Virus record (IMG/VR): IMGVR_UViG_3300011989_000257
Location: 1-64,000 of that record
Direction: 5' to 3' (one strand)
Length of the DNA: 64,000 bases
From: a virus
Taxonomy: Duplodnaviria > Caudoviricetes
Every line of letters starts with the position of its first letter. The stretch's first letter is position 1. A program made the position numbers and the translations under genes. Shown one piece after another: positions 28,600-38,398 of this stretch. The notes below the pieces were generated by a model that was not told the origin of the DNA, searched no databases, and was given only the letters and a program-made list of their open reading frames with translations.

Positions 28600-29400
28600 A
28601 TGGGAAAAAAGAAAAATTTGAAAGATTTGTCTGACTTAGAGTTGGATTTTATCGAAGAAAAGATGAAAGGAGACAGTGCTCTCAATTATCTTACATCAGA
28701 AGGCTTATGCACTAAGTTAAAAACGTTAAGTTACAAACTAAATGTAAAATGTAAAAACCAAAAGCAAAAAACTTTTTTAAAACACTTACAAGATTTAAAT
28801 GTTAAATTAAACATATGTGATGCGCCAGCTGGTGTTGGAAAATCTCTTTTAGCTTTAACTGCTGGTTTATCTTTACTAAAAAATGGTGATATATCAAAAA
28901 TACTTGTCATTGTACCAACAGTTGAAGCTTCAGAAGCAACCAAAATTGGTTTATTACCTGGAAGCATAGAAGAAAAAATTAAGCCATTCCAAATGGCTAC
29001 AATATCAACATTAGAAAAAATATTAAAACTAAGTGGGAACATAGGCTATATAGAAATAGCACAGCAATTAGTTAATAGTGGATTAATTGAATTTGAATTA
29101 CTTAGTTATGCTAGAGGTAAAACATTTGATGACTCATTCATTATAATTGATGAAGCGGAAAACTTGTCAAAAAGGGAAACACTTCTTCTGATTGGCAGAA
29201 TGGGTGATGGAAACACTAAAATAGCACTTTTAGGTGATAAAGAACAATGTGACCGTAAAGGAATAAGGGATTTTAATGATAGTGGTTTAATACATGCAAA
29301 AAATAAATTATTTGATGTTGAAGGGGTTTCAATCGATGAATTCTCAAATGATGACATTGTTAGAAATACATTTATAACAAAAATTTTTGAAAAATGGTAA
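28600..29400 (+). CDS. phoH: PhoH-family ATPase
   Basis: APAGVGKS, IGLLPG...EK..PF, RGKTF, IIDEAEN, GD..Q.D, DIVR. Confidence 0.9.
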   Translation: MGKKKNLKDLSDLELDFIEEKMKGDSALNYLTSEGLCTKLKTLSYKLNVKCKNQKQKTFLKHLQDLNVKLNICDAPAGVGKSLLALTAGLSLLKNGDISKILVIVPTVEASEATKIGLLPGSIEEKIKPFQMATISTLEKILKLSGNIGYIEIAQQLVNSGLIEFELLSYARGKTFDDSFIIIDEAENLSKRETLLLIGRMGDGNTKIALLGDKEQCDRKGIRDFNDSGLIHAKNKLFDVEGVSIDEFSNDDIVRNTFITKIFEKW

Positions 29401-29421
29401 TTTTTTTTACTTTATCCTTGA

Positions 29422-29429
29422 TATTTATA
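29422..29429 (+). promoter_or_regulatory. Putative late promoter TATTTATA
   Basis: Between two + genes, 23 nt before the ATG. Confidence 0.55.
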
Positions 29430-29452
29430 ATTGATAAAGTTATATTTTAAAT

Positions 29453-30403
29453 ATGAGTAGAAAAATTACAATTGAAGAATTCATTGAACGAGCAAGAAAA
29501 GTTCATAACGACAAATATGAATATCCAAATGTCGTTTACAAAGGAATGCATGAAAAAGTATGCATAATATGCCCTAAACATGGCGAGTTCTGGCAAACAC
29601 CAGCCAATCATTTAAGTGGGAAGGGATGTCCAGAATGTGGAAACATTTCTAGATGGGATACAAAGGGAAGAGTAACTACTGAAGAATTCATTTGTAGAGC
29701 TAAAGAGATTCACGGTGATAAGTATGATTATTCTAAAGTAAACTACATTAACGCCCACACGAAAATTTGCATAATATGCCCTAAGCATGGTGAGTTCTGG
29801 CAAACGCCAAATAATCACCTAACAAAATATGGATGTAAAAAGTGCGCAATGGACGCTTTAACCTCTAACAAACCTAGAAGCATTGAGGAATTTGTAAAAA
29901 TGTCGAGGGAACTACATGGTGACAAATATGATTATTCCAAAGTGGAATATAAAAATTGTAAAACCAAAGTGTGTATAATATGTCCTATTCACGGAGAGTT
30001 TTGGCAAACTCCAGATAATCATTTACAAGGCAACAGTTGCCCATTTTGTTCAGAAAGCAAATTAGAAAGGGAAATACGTATGTTTCTTACTGAGCATAAT
30101 ATTAAATATGAATATAATAAATCTAAACATTGGCTAAAAAAACAAAGATTAGATTTCTATCTTCCAGATTATAATGTTGCAATAGAATGTCAAGGACAAC
30201 AACATTTTGAGCCTGTTGATTTCGGTGGTGAAGGGTATGAAAAAGCAGTTAAACAATTTTTATATGTTAAAAAATTAGATTTATTGAAAAAAGAAAGATG
30301 TTTTAAAAATGGCGTTAAAATAATCTATTATAGTGATAGAAAAAACGAAAATAATATAATAACGAATAAACAAGAGATTTTAGATTTAATTAAAAAAGGG
30401 TAG
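29453..30403 (+). CDS. Putative homing endonuclease: 3 zinc-finger repeats (DUF723-like) plus DUF559/Vsr-like nuclease
   Basis: 3x HGDKYDYS.V.Y....K.CIICP.HGEFWQ.P..HL....C..C; LDFYLPDYNVAIECQGQQHF. Confidence 0.8.
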   Translation: MSRKITIEEFIERARKVHNDKYEYPNVVYKGMHEKVCIICPKHGEFWQTPANHLSGKGCPECGNISRWDTKGRVTTEEFICRAKEIHGDKYDYSKVNYINAHTKICIICPKHGEFWQTPNNHLTKYGCKKCAMDALTSNKPRSIEEFVKMSRELHGDKYDYSKVEYKNCKTKVCIICPIHGEFWQTPDNHLQGNSCPFCSESKLEREIRMFLTEHNIKYEYNKSKHWLKKQRLDFYLPDYNVAIECQGQQHFEPVDFGGEGYEKAVKQFLYVKKLDLLKKERCFKNGVKIIYYSDRKNENNIITNKQEILDLIKKG

Positions 30404-30430
30404 AGCTTTTCTACCCTTTTGATATTTATA
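30392..30430 (+). terminator. Terminator immediately followed by late motif TATTTATA (30423-30430)
   Basis: AAAAGGGTAGAG-ct-TTTCTACCCTTTT, then GATATTTATA. Confidence 0.75.
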
Positions 30431-30437
30431 TAAAAAT

Positions 30438-31604
30438 ATGTTTTATATGGAAATTGACAAAACATTTAAGCCAAATGAAGAGTGGATGGCAAAGAAATAT
30501 AATGAAATGAACCAACAATTATTCGGTGGGTCGTTGGGAGATTGCGATTTTGCAATATTCACAAGTGGTAAAGGCTCACAAGGTGGTGTTCTTGGGTGGT
30601 TCAAGATTACTGGAAGTAATGTACGAGCAGATAGATATAGTAGAAGGATGTTTGTTGGAGGTTGGGGAACAAAAGTATTCATAGACAGAAACAATTTTGT
30701 GCGTCTTTGTAGACCTAGAATTGAACTAAATGGTAACTATACTGGTACTGAACAATCTTTCCTTGCAACATTGGCGCATGAAATGTGTCATTATTATACA
30801 TATATGGATGGCTATTGTCCAAAACAAGGACATGGTAGAGAATTTAAAGAAATAGGACAAATTGTATCACAACGTTCAAATGGTATGTTTACCATACAAA
30901 GATTAGCTAGTGCTGAACAAATGTCTCAAATGGAACTTAGCGATGAGATGAAGGCTAAACGTGAAAAAAGACTTTCAAATAGAAAATCATCAGTTACAGC
31001 TGTAATTGTATTCACACCAGAAGGCAAGATTAAACTATCAATAACATCTAATGAAAGGTTGGTTAACTTAATTAAAACAACAAGCGAAGGATACGGAGAA
31101 AAGGTAATAGTCACAAATAATGCAGATGTTATAGATTACCTTTTTGCAAAAGGATACAAAAAAAATATGAGGACTTGGAGATATTGGAGTCTTGAAGGTA
31201 AGCCTTGGATTGATGAACTAAAACAAATGCTGCCAGAAACTAGTGGAGAAACCCTTGGAGTAAAGAGGCCAACTGTTCAACCGCAGCCAAAACAGTCTAA
31301 AAGAGTCTTCTCAATTAAGACAAGTAATGGGATATTCGAATATGATGGAAGCTCATATTATGCGTTACTTAATGCATTAAAGGAAAGGTTTCCACGTACA
31401 AGTGAAGATGCAATTTTGAAACTAATAAATAACCCAAACAATTATAGAATGGTAGAAAGTAGAATGAATACAAAATCAATAATTAAAGAAGTAATTGACG
31501 AATTTATGAAAAATGAATTCAGAGGTGCAAATAATATGAATGATACTGTTGAGATAACACCAGACATGAATTTAGGATTAGAATCTCCATTAGAAATGGA
31601 TTAA
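30438..31604 (+). CDS. SprT-like zinc metalloprotease
   Basis: YNEMNQQLFGG.L, TLAHEMCHYY (HExxH), GHGREFK. Confidence 0.8.
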   Translation: MFYMEIDKTFKPNEEWMAKKYNEMNQQLFGGSLGDCDFAIFTSGKGSQGGVLGWFKITGSNVRADRYSRRMFVGGWGTKVFIDRNNFVRLCRPRIELNGNYTGTEQSFLATLAHEMCHYYTYMDGYCPKQGHGREFKEIGQIVSQRSNGMFTIQRLASAEQMSQMELSDEMKAKREKRLSNRKSSVTAVIVFTPEGKIKLSITSNERLVNLIKTTSEGYGEKVIVTNNADVIDYLFAKGYKKNMRTWRYWSLEGKPWIDELKQMLPETSGETLGVKRPTVQPQPKQSKRVFSIKTSNGIFEYDGSSYYALLNALKERFPRTSEDAILKLINNPNNYRMVESRMNTKSIIKEVIDEFMKNEFRGANNMNDTVEITPDMNLGLESPLEMD

Positions 31605-31607
31605 AAT

Positions 31608-31640
31608 AAAAAGCGAGACTCAATGGAATCTCGCTTTTTT
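31608..31640. terminator. Bidirectional terminator
   Basis: AAAAAGCGAGA...TCTCGCTTTTTT. Confidence 0.85.
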
Positions 31641-31645
31641 GTATG

Positions 31646-32560
31646 TTAAGAAATCCTTACATATTCAGATAATATTGAATCAATGTCATAACCCTCAAGT
31701 TGATTAATATAACCTGGCCAGTCACCACATTGCTCCATACCAGCCCAAGGATGTACGTGATGCATAATAGCGCCTTTCATAATTTTAAGAAGCTCTACTA
31801 ATTTATCTCCCATCGGAACTTGATGAAGTCTATCCATAACTAAATCAGAATCTTCGTCTCTTACCAAGAAATCCTTATCATGTATATTATCTGATACATT
31901 ATTATCTCTATTACTTATTAGATTAATATTATCAGCAACCATATTAATCATGCTAGAAACTTGATGATTTTGGTTCTTTGCAAGGTTAGATTTATACTTT
32001 AACTGTATATATGCTGGGTCTATATCATTGAACATTATATTCCCAATTAAACCTCTCTCTCTTGATATGGATGGTTCTGTACGTATACCAGCACGTATAT
32101 CAACCTCACTCTTTTTGGTAGCCTCATCATACTTCAAAGTCACGTCTTCTGAGCCTCTGCCAATAACCGATATATCTTCATTGTTAGGAAATGCCCCTCT
32201 AGACATATCGAAATTGGATATCTTCTCTATAGGGTTAAACTCAAAGTTCTTGAACGTAGATGTAGAATCTTCTTTTTTATCATAGGTCATATACTGTGGT
32301 TGCGCAATAACTGGGCCTATATAGTATCTCTGAGATTGATTATTATCAGTTTCCTCAGTTATAATCAACACAGCTTCGCCAACTTTAGGTAACACATGAA
32401 AAACTTTTGGCATCAGTGGAAAAGCCCAAGGAATATCTTCGAGCTTCTTTGGTTTATCTTCAGTGAGTTCGGCTCTAACTCTCATTCCATCAGAACCACC
32501 TTTCGAATATACATTCTCAACTTCTCTCACCTTACCAACCTTAACAACTAATTCACTCAT
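31646..32560 (-). CDS. Baseplate central spike (gp5/gpV OB-fold)
   Basis: G.V..V...RVR...WAFPL...LPKVGEAV....RYYIG; C-terminal HVH metal-binding motif. Confidence 0.7.
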   Translation of the reverse strand: MSELVVKVGKVREVENVYSKGGSDGMRVRAELTEDKPKKLEDIPWAFPLMPKVFHVLPKVGEAVLIITEETDNNQSQRYYIGPVIAQPQYMTYDKKEDSTSTFKNFEFNPIEKISNFDMSRGAFPNNEDISVIGRGSEDVTLKYDEATKKSEVDIRAGIRTEPSISRERGLIGNIMFNDIDPAYIQLKYKSNLAKNQNHQVSSMINMVADNINLISNRDNNVSDNIHDKDFLVRDEDSDLVMDRLHQVPMGDKLVELLKIMKGAIMHHVHPWAGMEQCGDWPGYINQLEGYDIDSILSEYVRIS

Positions 32561-32747
32561 CCTTTAAAATACCTCTCTTTTGTAATTCATCATTAGCCTC
32601 ATTATATAAGGCATCAAGTTCTTGCAATTCATGAACCAATGAGATAATCTTATCTTTTTTAACATTGTATTCATTCTCGTAACCCATAATCTTAATATTG
32701 ATTTCTGCATTACTTAATTTACTAAAATCTACTTTCTTTTTCCCCAT
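32553..32747 (-). CDS. Small coiled-coil protein
   Basis: ORF track; start at MGKKK. Confidence 0.65.
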   Translation of the reverse strand: MGKKKVDFSKLSNAEINIKIMGYENEYNVKKDKIISLVHELQELDALYNEANDELQKRGILKDE

Positions 32748-32749
32748 AA

Positions 32750-33106
32750 TTAAAATGCGCATCCAAAACCCATTCCTGGAGTACCATTACCATATGGTGT
32801 GGATTGCATGGTTCCAGGAGTTATTCCAACTTGTATTGACATATCATTTTTAATCCCTCTATATGTTTCCTTAGTCGAGGCAAACATAACGCCAACAGTT
32901 AGATTAGCACTACCATCTGGCATTGGTCCAGTTGGTATACCAAGCCTATTTAAATCCTTAACGATATTAGCCACAGATTGAATGGTAGACAAACCAGGCC
33001 TACGTATCATCGAACATACCAACAATATCCTATTTATCTGTGGAAATGGCGGTCTCATGTTATTAAAGAAATTAGTAATTGTTTGACAAATTTGTTCTAT
33101 TCCCAT
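32750..33106 (-). CDS. Hypothetical protein (baseplate region)
   Basis: ORF track; start at MGIEQ. Confidence 0.65.
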   Translation of the reverse strand: MGIEQICQTITNFFNNMRPPFPQINRILLVCSMIRRPGLSTIQSVANIVKDLNRLGIPTGPMPDGSANLTVGVMFASTKETYRGIKNDMSIQVGITPGTMQSTPYGNGTPGMGFGCAF

Positions 33107-33108
33107 AT

Positions 33109-35253
33109 TCAACATTTTTTATTCGGCTTATCGCCACTTATTGTACTACTAACATCAATATCAGCATAGTCAACAGTGTCTAACTTTGTTTCAAGGTCTT
33201 GATTTCCAAAACTAAACCAAATCGATGGACAATTCCTAATTATATCGTTAATTGCTGCTGTGTAGTTTTCAATCTGCTCCCTTAATAGTATTGATTCCAT
33301 CATCTCCTTTAAAGGCTCTAGGAACTTTAAAACAAGTTTTAAAAGTTCTTGTATAACCAAGTCACGAACTTCCTTTACAATCGATATTATGATGCTCTGC
33401 ATAGATTTCATCAAGTCTTCAGCAGTAAATGCTTTCCAGCTGCCACCCATTATCTGTCTGTTAACTTCTAAAAGCATCATTACCTTTGGAGACAGTACTG
33501 CATTCATTATGGCTAATACAAGATTCTCAATTAAATCAAAAACGAAACCAAATTCTACACCGTATTTATCGCTTTCATCAACACCTTCTGATATTGTCAC
33601 TGATGCTTGCGTTATAGCACGACTTATAACATCAACTTGTTCTTCTAGAGTTGCGGCATCGTCATATTCTTCTAATATTTGCCTAACATTATCAAATGAT
33701 GCTGACTTATTAGTAGTGTTACCAAAATTATATTGCCTTGCTCTCCTCTCTTCACTAAGTCTTAACAAATGTTCATACTTAGAATTATCGAATGAAAAAT
33801 AACAATCTTCAACTGAAGAATCATCAGAATTAATAATATTCTTGACAATCTCTTTTATTCTATCTGTTGCTTCTTGATGTTTTTTACCTAACGCAAGATT
33901 AATACCTAGTCTAGTATTAACCAAAGTATCTAAAAGTGTTGTTGCCATGACTTTTGCATCAAACAATTTCATGCCCATCACATAGTCATAATTGAATTCA
34001 TAGACTGTCAAGCCTTTATAACACTCAACAAGATTCTTAACAACTTCACTCTTATCAACTACAGTCACATTACCACTTTTAGGGTCTATTTTAACGTTTC
34101 CGTCCAAATATTCTAGTAATGTACTATCTTCTACGTCTTGTATTGTGTATTTACCGTTTGGGTCATAATTACCTTTACTATCGAATAATAGTCTTTTAAA
34201 TCTCCAAGGTGGTTCTCCTTCGCTTAAGTTTGGTATATGTATTACTGGTTTCCTTAAAATCGTAAATTTGATGATATTATTAACCAACCCATTTGAAGGA
34301 TACAAGTTACTAGAGGCTGTGTCTATATATTGTAAATTACATATACCTCTTTCCTTAGAAAAATCCCTACCTTCAAAATTTTTCTTACCAAAGCCAAGAT
34401 TCTTCGTTAGTTGGTCTGCACGCCTAATATACCAATTAACACTACAAATGTCATCAGACACTGGAACCAACGTATTACTCACAATCGTATTTCCGCTATC
34501 ATATTTCCTATCGATACACATAGATATTGGAGAATGTTGATTGTTATACTTAAACGTGTTGCCCAACAATATATTTGACGCTGTTTTACTAGTATTAACA
34601 GTTGCTGTCAACACATCCAATAGAGTACCATCACTAGGTGTAACTGTCATTTCGCCTAATCCATGTATACTATCAGAAAAACTATCAAAATTATCAAGTT
34701 CTGATGCATTAGGAAACTTACCTTTATGCATAACGAACCATATAAAGGCATCAAAGTCCTCTGCTCTTGCAAACTTGTATACGTCATTAATACCCTCAAG
34801 ACCAAAGTACATGTCCTTACCAAAGATACTAAGTGGATTTTCTGAAAGTTTATCCAAGAAATCAATCGACTCTACACTGATATCAATTCCATATCCTTCG
34901 ACCATAGCACTTTCGCATTTTAGCCTTTTTCTATACTTTTCTGGAATTCTAGGGTCAACTGAACAAGATACCATATTTTTAAGATTAGTCAACAAGATGG
35001 CTTTAACTGCTATTTCTAATACTGGAAGTATATATATCAGAAAATTAGCAAGATAATCCCTAAGTTCTTCATAAGTAACGCCTAAATGCTTTAACAACTG
35101 CAAAATGAATCCTATTGGATTTGTTGCAAATGTTAAAGATAACTTAGGAGATTCAAGCATGATGCCCATTATCACCAAAACCTTATCAACCATTGCTTTG
35201 GCAGTATCTATACTTGCCATTGCTTCTTGTTGCTTATCCTTAATGTTACTCAT
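33109..35253 (-). CDS. Large hypothetical virion protein
   Basis: 714-aa ORF in the same operon as the spike; helical termini. Confidence 0.75.
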   Translation of the reverse strand: MSNIKDKQQEAMASIDTAKAMVDKVLVIMGIMLESPKLSLTFATNPIGFILQLLKHLGVTYEELRDYLANFLIYILPVLEIAVKAILLTNLKNMVSCSVDPRIPEKYRKRLKCESAMVEGYGIDISVESIDFLDKLSENPLSIFGKDMYFGLEGINDVYKFARAEDFDAFIWFVMHKGKFPNASELDNFDSFSDSIHGLGEMTVTPSDGTLLDVLTATVNTSKTASNILLGNTFKYNNQHSPISMCIDRKYDSGNTIVSNTLVPVSDDICSVNWYIRRADQLTKNLGFGKKNFEGRDFSKERGICNLQYIDTASSNLYPSNGLVNNIIKFTILRKPVIHIPNLSEGEPPWRFKRLLFDSKGNYDPNGKYTIQDVEDSTLLEYLDGNVKIDPKSGNVTVVDKSEVVKNLVECYKGLTVYEFNYDYVMGMKLFDAKVMATTLLDTLVNTRLGINLALGKKHQEATDRIKEIVKNIINSDDSSVEDCYFSFDNSKYEHLLRLSEERRARQYNFGNTTNKSASFDNVRQILEEYDDAATLEEQVDVISRAITQASVTISEGVDESDKYGVEFGFVFDLIENLVLAIMNAVLSPKVMMLLEVNRQIMGGSWKAFTAEDLMKSMQSIIISIVKEVRDLVIQELLKLVLKFLEPLKEMMESILLREQIENYTAAINDIIRNCPSIWFSFGNQDLETKLDTVDYADIDVSSTISGDKPNKKC

Positions 35254-35654
35254 TATTTCTTGTTAAGCTGTATTGTTTTAGTCTTTTCTTTATCTTCGTA
35301 TGACTCATCAATCATCTTTTTGATATCATCAAAATTGAAATCCATACCTTTACTCTGTGTTCCATTTTCAAGAGCTTCTTTGACATCACCATTGTGATTA
35401 TGGATGTCAGTAAGTATCTTTGCAATATCTATTTTTTTAGATATAGCCTTATCTTTTACACCTAGATAATCATTTATTATTTTACCATATTTAGCCTTTC
35501 CATCAATTGATTCTTCTTGCAATTGAGTTGCGTTAGCCATCTTATTGATTTCGTTTTGCGCTTGGATTATCTGTTCATCCGCTAAATTATAGGCATTTTG
35601 AAGCAAATCCCTAATATTCTGGATGTCATTTATTTCTATTTTAAGTTTACCCAT
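35253..35654 (-). CDS. Hypothetical helical protein
   Basis: ORF track; sense-strand TATTTATA at 35659-35666. Confidence 0.7.
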   Translation of the reverse strand: MGKLKIEINDIQNIRDLLQNAYNLADEQIIQAQNEINKMANATQLQEESIDGKAKYGKIINDYLGVKDKAISKKIDIAKILTDIHNHNGDVKEALENGTQSKGMDFNFDDIKKMIDESYEDKEKTKTIQLNKK

Positions 35655-35678
35655 ATCCTATAAATATTACAACTCGAA

Positions 35679-36467
35679 TTATTCATTAATAAGTTCCCAC
35701 TTTACTTCATAATATTTTTTCTTATATATTTTCAAAGCATCCCTTATTTCCTTTGTATTCAATAATGTGGACTCTTTTAAAAAGAGTAGAATGGAACTCT
35801 TATTGAATTTATTACTTCCCATTTCCGCAAAAATATCATCCCAATTCGTCATTAGATTGATTAAAGTAGTCCCAACCTTAATTTCATTTTCAGTAAGCTT
35901 AAACCTTTCCTTGTCATTTAGAATCAACTTTATATTTTTAACAGTGCTACCAGTAAGTTCAGAAAGAAATGTTTTTCTAGGGTCTAAATCATCATAAGAA
36001 AATTTTAAACTATCATTAACATTCAAAGTCTCTTCTGAAGGACTATCGTATGACGAATTTCTCTTCTGAGTCTTTATAAACTGATTAATCTTATATATAA
36101 GATAATTCTTACATATTGTACCACAATAAGAATAAGCTTTATAGCCGCTATTAGGGTCGAAACATGATAGCTTGGTCATAAGGAACGACATTGTATCTTT
36201 AAATGTCTCATCAAATTCTTCATCTGGTGGATAAAGATTATACCTTCTTATGATTGATTCTATCATTTTCGTAAAGGCTGGTTTAAGTACCTCATTGAAA
36301 ATCTTATTCTTTTCTTTTTCATTGTCACATGAAATATAATCGGCAACAGCCTTTTCTTGTTCAGCACAAAAATAATAATTCTTTTTGTTTGGATTTGGCT
36401 TTCTACCTCTCTTTTTCTTTTGAGGCTCTTGAACAATAATTGTTTCCTCTGTCTTAACTTCTTCCAT
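35679..36467 (-). CDS. Phage sigma factor for late transcription (T4 gp55-like)
   Basis: NYYF, F.KM...I...Y, FDPNSGYKAYSYCGTICKN resembles sigma region 2 of gp55; N-terminal KKRGRKP. Confidence 0.7.
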   Translation of the reverse strand: MEEVKTEETIIVQEPQKKKRGRKPNPNKKNYYFCAEQEKAVADYISCDNEKEKNKIFNEVLKPAFTKMIESIIRRYNLYPPDEEFDETFKDTMSFLMTKLSCFDPNSGYKAYSYCGTICKNYLIYKINQFIKTQKRNSSYDSPSEETLNVNDSLKFSYDDLDPRKTFLSELTGSTVKNIKLILNDKERFKLTENEIKVGTTLINLMTNWDDIFAEMGSNKFNKSSILLFLKESTLLNTKEIRDALKIYKKKYYEVKWELINE

Positions 36468-36618
36468 TGATTAGATATTTATATTTGGGGGATATCCCTC
36501 AATTAGTTTATATTTTAATACTAAATATCACATCAAAGGCAAATCTGTGCAAAAACAGCACACTTTCTTTCACATTTCCAATCGGAAATCTCCGTGTGCC
36601 ATAATGATGTTGTTAAAA

Positions 36619-36649
36619 AATGGCATTAACCATCATAATTAATGCCATT
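36619..36649 (-). terminator. Intrinsic terminator
   Basis: AATGGCATTAA...TTAATGCCATT with an A-run on the left. Confidence 0.7.
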
Positions 36650-36659
36650 ATATGTTTTT

Positions 36660-37088
36660 TTATCTTGCAATTGTGTATGTTATCCAATCTTTATCTTTAT
36701 CTATCTGAGACACCCTATCAAATAATATGATAGGCCATTCGCCACGCCCAAAATAGTTTCTTTCTACATTAAACATACCATTTTCAAATGCTTTATCACA
36801 TTCCTCAAACGTATCTCTAAAACGTTCAAGAGTATCACCATTTTTTAGTATGGGTTTAACTTCTATTCCATAATGTTTTAACATTATATCATACATAACC
36901 AACCCACCCTTAAAAAACGGATAAAGACTCTTAATAAAATCCAATTTTATTGATAAATCTTTATATATCATCTCTAAGACAACTTCATTTGAGGTGTTTT
37001 TATCCACAGAAAATATAGATATTCTTTTACCTAAAATCTCTCTATCATATTTATTCATTTTCTTCTGCATTTTTCTTGTATTCCTCAT
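36660..37088 (-). CDS. Hypothetical protein
   Basis: ORF track. Confidence 0.65.
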   Translation of the reverse strand: MRNTRKMQKKMNKYDREILGKRISIFSVDKNTSNEVVLEMIYKDLSIKLDFIKSLYPFFKGGLVMYDIMLKHYGIEVKPILKNGDTLERFRDTFEECDKAFENGMFNVERNYFGRGEWPIILFDRVSQIDKDKDWITYTIAR

Positions 37089-37220
37089 AAGTTTTATTTC
37101 TATGGTATATGTGCCACATTATTCCCATAATATAATGTAAACGTTTTAGTGAGAAAATGAAGTGAAAACCAATGGTTTTTCATCCAATCACACCCAATAT
37201 ACCACCAACTATTTGGGGCA

Positions 37221-38354
37221 TTATAGCATCTTAATTTTATCATATTTTTTTATCTCTTCTAAAAGTTTATCAGTGTTTTTAATTAATTGTTCACCTAAAA
37301 ATAAATCATAATCTTCGTGAGTATAATACAATATTTTAACGTTATGTTCTTTACAAAGTTCTTTTTTATTTTTATCTAATTCTTTTTGGCGTTTTAATTT
37401 CTTATTACCTCCCCAATTTTTCACAATGTCAAAATGCTGTATTCCTTGACATTCAACAGCAACATTATATTCTGGTAAATAAAAATCTAAACTTTGTAAA
37501 CCTAGCCAGTTAAATCTTTTTTGCCTTTCTACAATAAAAGACATTTTGTCAAAAAAACTATTTATTTCTTCTTCAAGCAAACTTTCTTTGCACATTGGAC
37601 AACCATTCCCATCTATATGACTAAATGGCCTCTGCCAGAATTCTCCGTGTTTTGGGCATATTATACACACTTTAGTTGTCGAATCCACATATTTAACTTT
37701 AGAATAATCGTATTTGTTGTTATGAACGATTTTGGATTGTTCAAGAAAATTATTGATTTTATTTTCTTTAATACAGTTAGGACAATTACCACCTTTCAAA
37801 TGAACAGTAGGAGTTTGCCAAAACTCACCGTGTTCTGGACAAATAATACAAACTTCTTTTTTACTGTGAATATATTCCACTTTTGAGTAGTCATATTTAT
37901 CTCCGTGAACTTCTTTGGCTCTATTTACAAATGTAGTCGTATCATATACTTTCTCATTGCATTTTTTACACCCAAAGCCATTTAAGTGTGAATAAGGAAC
38001 TTGCCAAAACTCACCGTGAACTGGGCATATTATACACACTTTTGTTCGGTTATTAATATAATCAACTTTTGAGTAATCATACTTATCACCGTGAACCTCC
38101 CTAGCCCTCCTTATAAATTCATCTTTTCCGTCTCTAAAAACATCACCCCTAGTTATATTGGCACACTTTGGACAATCTTGCCCTTTAAGGTGATTATGCG
38201 GTGTTTGCCAGAATTCACCATGTTTAGGGCATATTATGCATACTTTTTCATGCATTTTTTTATATTCTACTCTTGAGTAGTCATACTTGTCACCGTGAAC
38301 CTCCTTAGCTCTATCAACAAACTCTTTATTAGTAATTTTCCTTAACATAGACAT
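37221..38354 (-). CDS. Putative homing endonuclease: 4 zinc-finger repeats plus DUF559/Vsr-like nuclease
   Basis: 4x CIICP.HGEFWQ.P..H repeat; LDFYLPEYNVAVECQGIQHF; sense TATTTATA at 38364-38371. Confidence 0.8.
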   Translation of the reverse strand: MSMLRKITNKEFVDRAKEVHGDKYDYSRVEYKKMHEKVCIICPKHGEFWQTPHNHLKGQDCPKCANITRGDVFRDGKDEFIRRAREVHGDKYDYSKVDYINNRTKVCIICPVHGEFWQVPYSHLNGFGCKKCNEKVYDTTTFVNRAKEVHGDKYDYSKVEYIHSKKEVCIICPEHGEFWQTPTVHLKGGNCPNCIKENKINNFLEQSKIVHNNKYDYSKVKYVDSTTKVCIICPKHGEFWQRPFSHIDGNGCPMCKESLLEEEINSFFDKMSFIVERQKRFNWLGLQSLDFYLPEYNVAVECQGIQHFDIVKNWGGNKKLKRQKELDKNKKELCKEHNVKILYYTHEDYDLFLGEQLIKNTDKLLEEIKKYDKIKML

Positions 38355-38398
38355 ATTTTTATATATAAATATTAAATTAGTTAAGAAAAACCACCATT

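Noticed and set aside
37100-37243. Possible 47-aa ORF (MIKLRCYNAP...) on the minus strand
   Set aside because: No recognisable motif or independent support; not called.
29453-38354. CRISPR array or intron suggested by recurring DNA repeats
   Set aside because: The repeats are in-frame protein repeats without spacers, and the flanking genes are not split.
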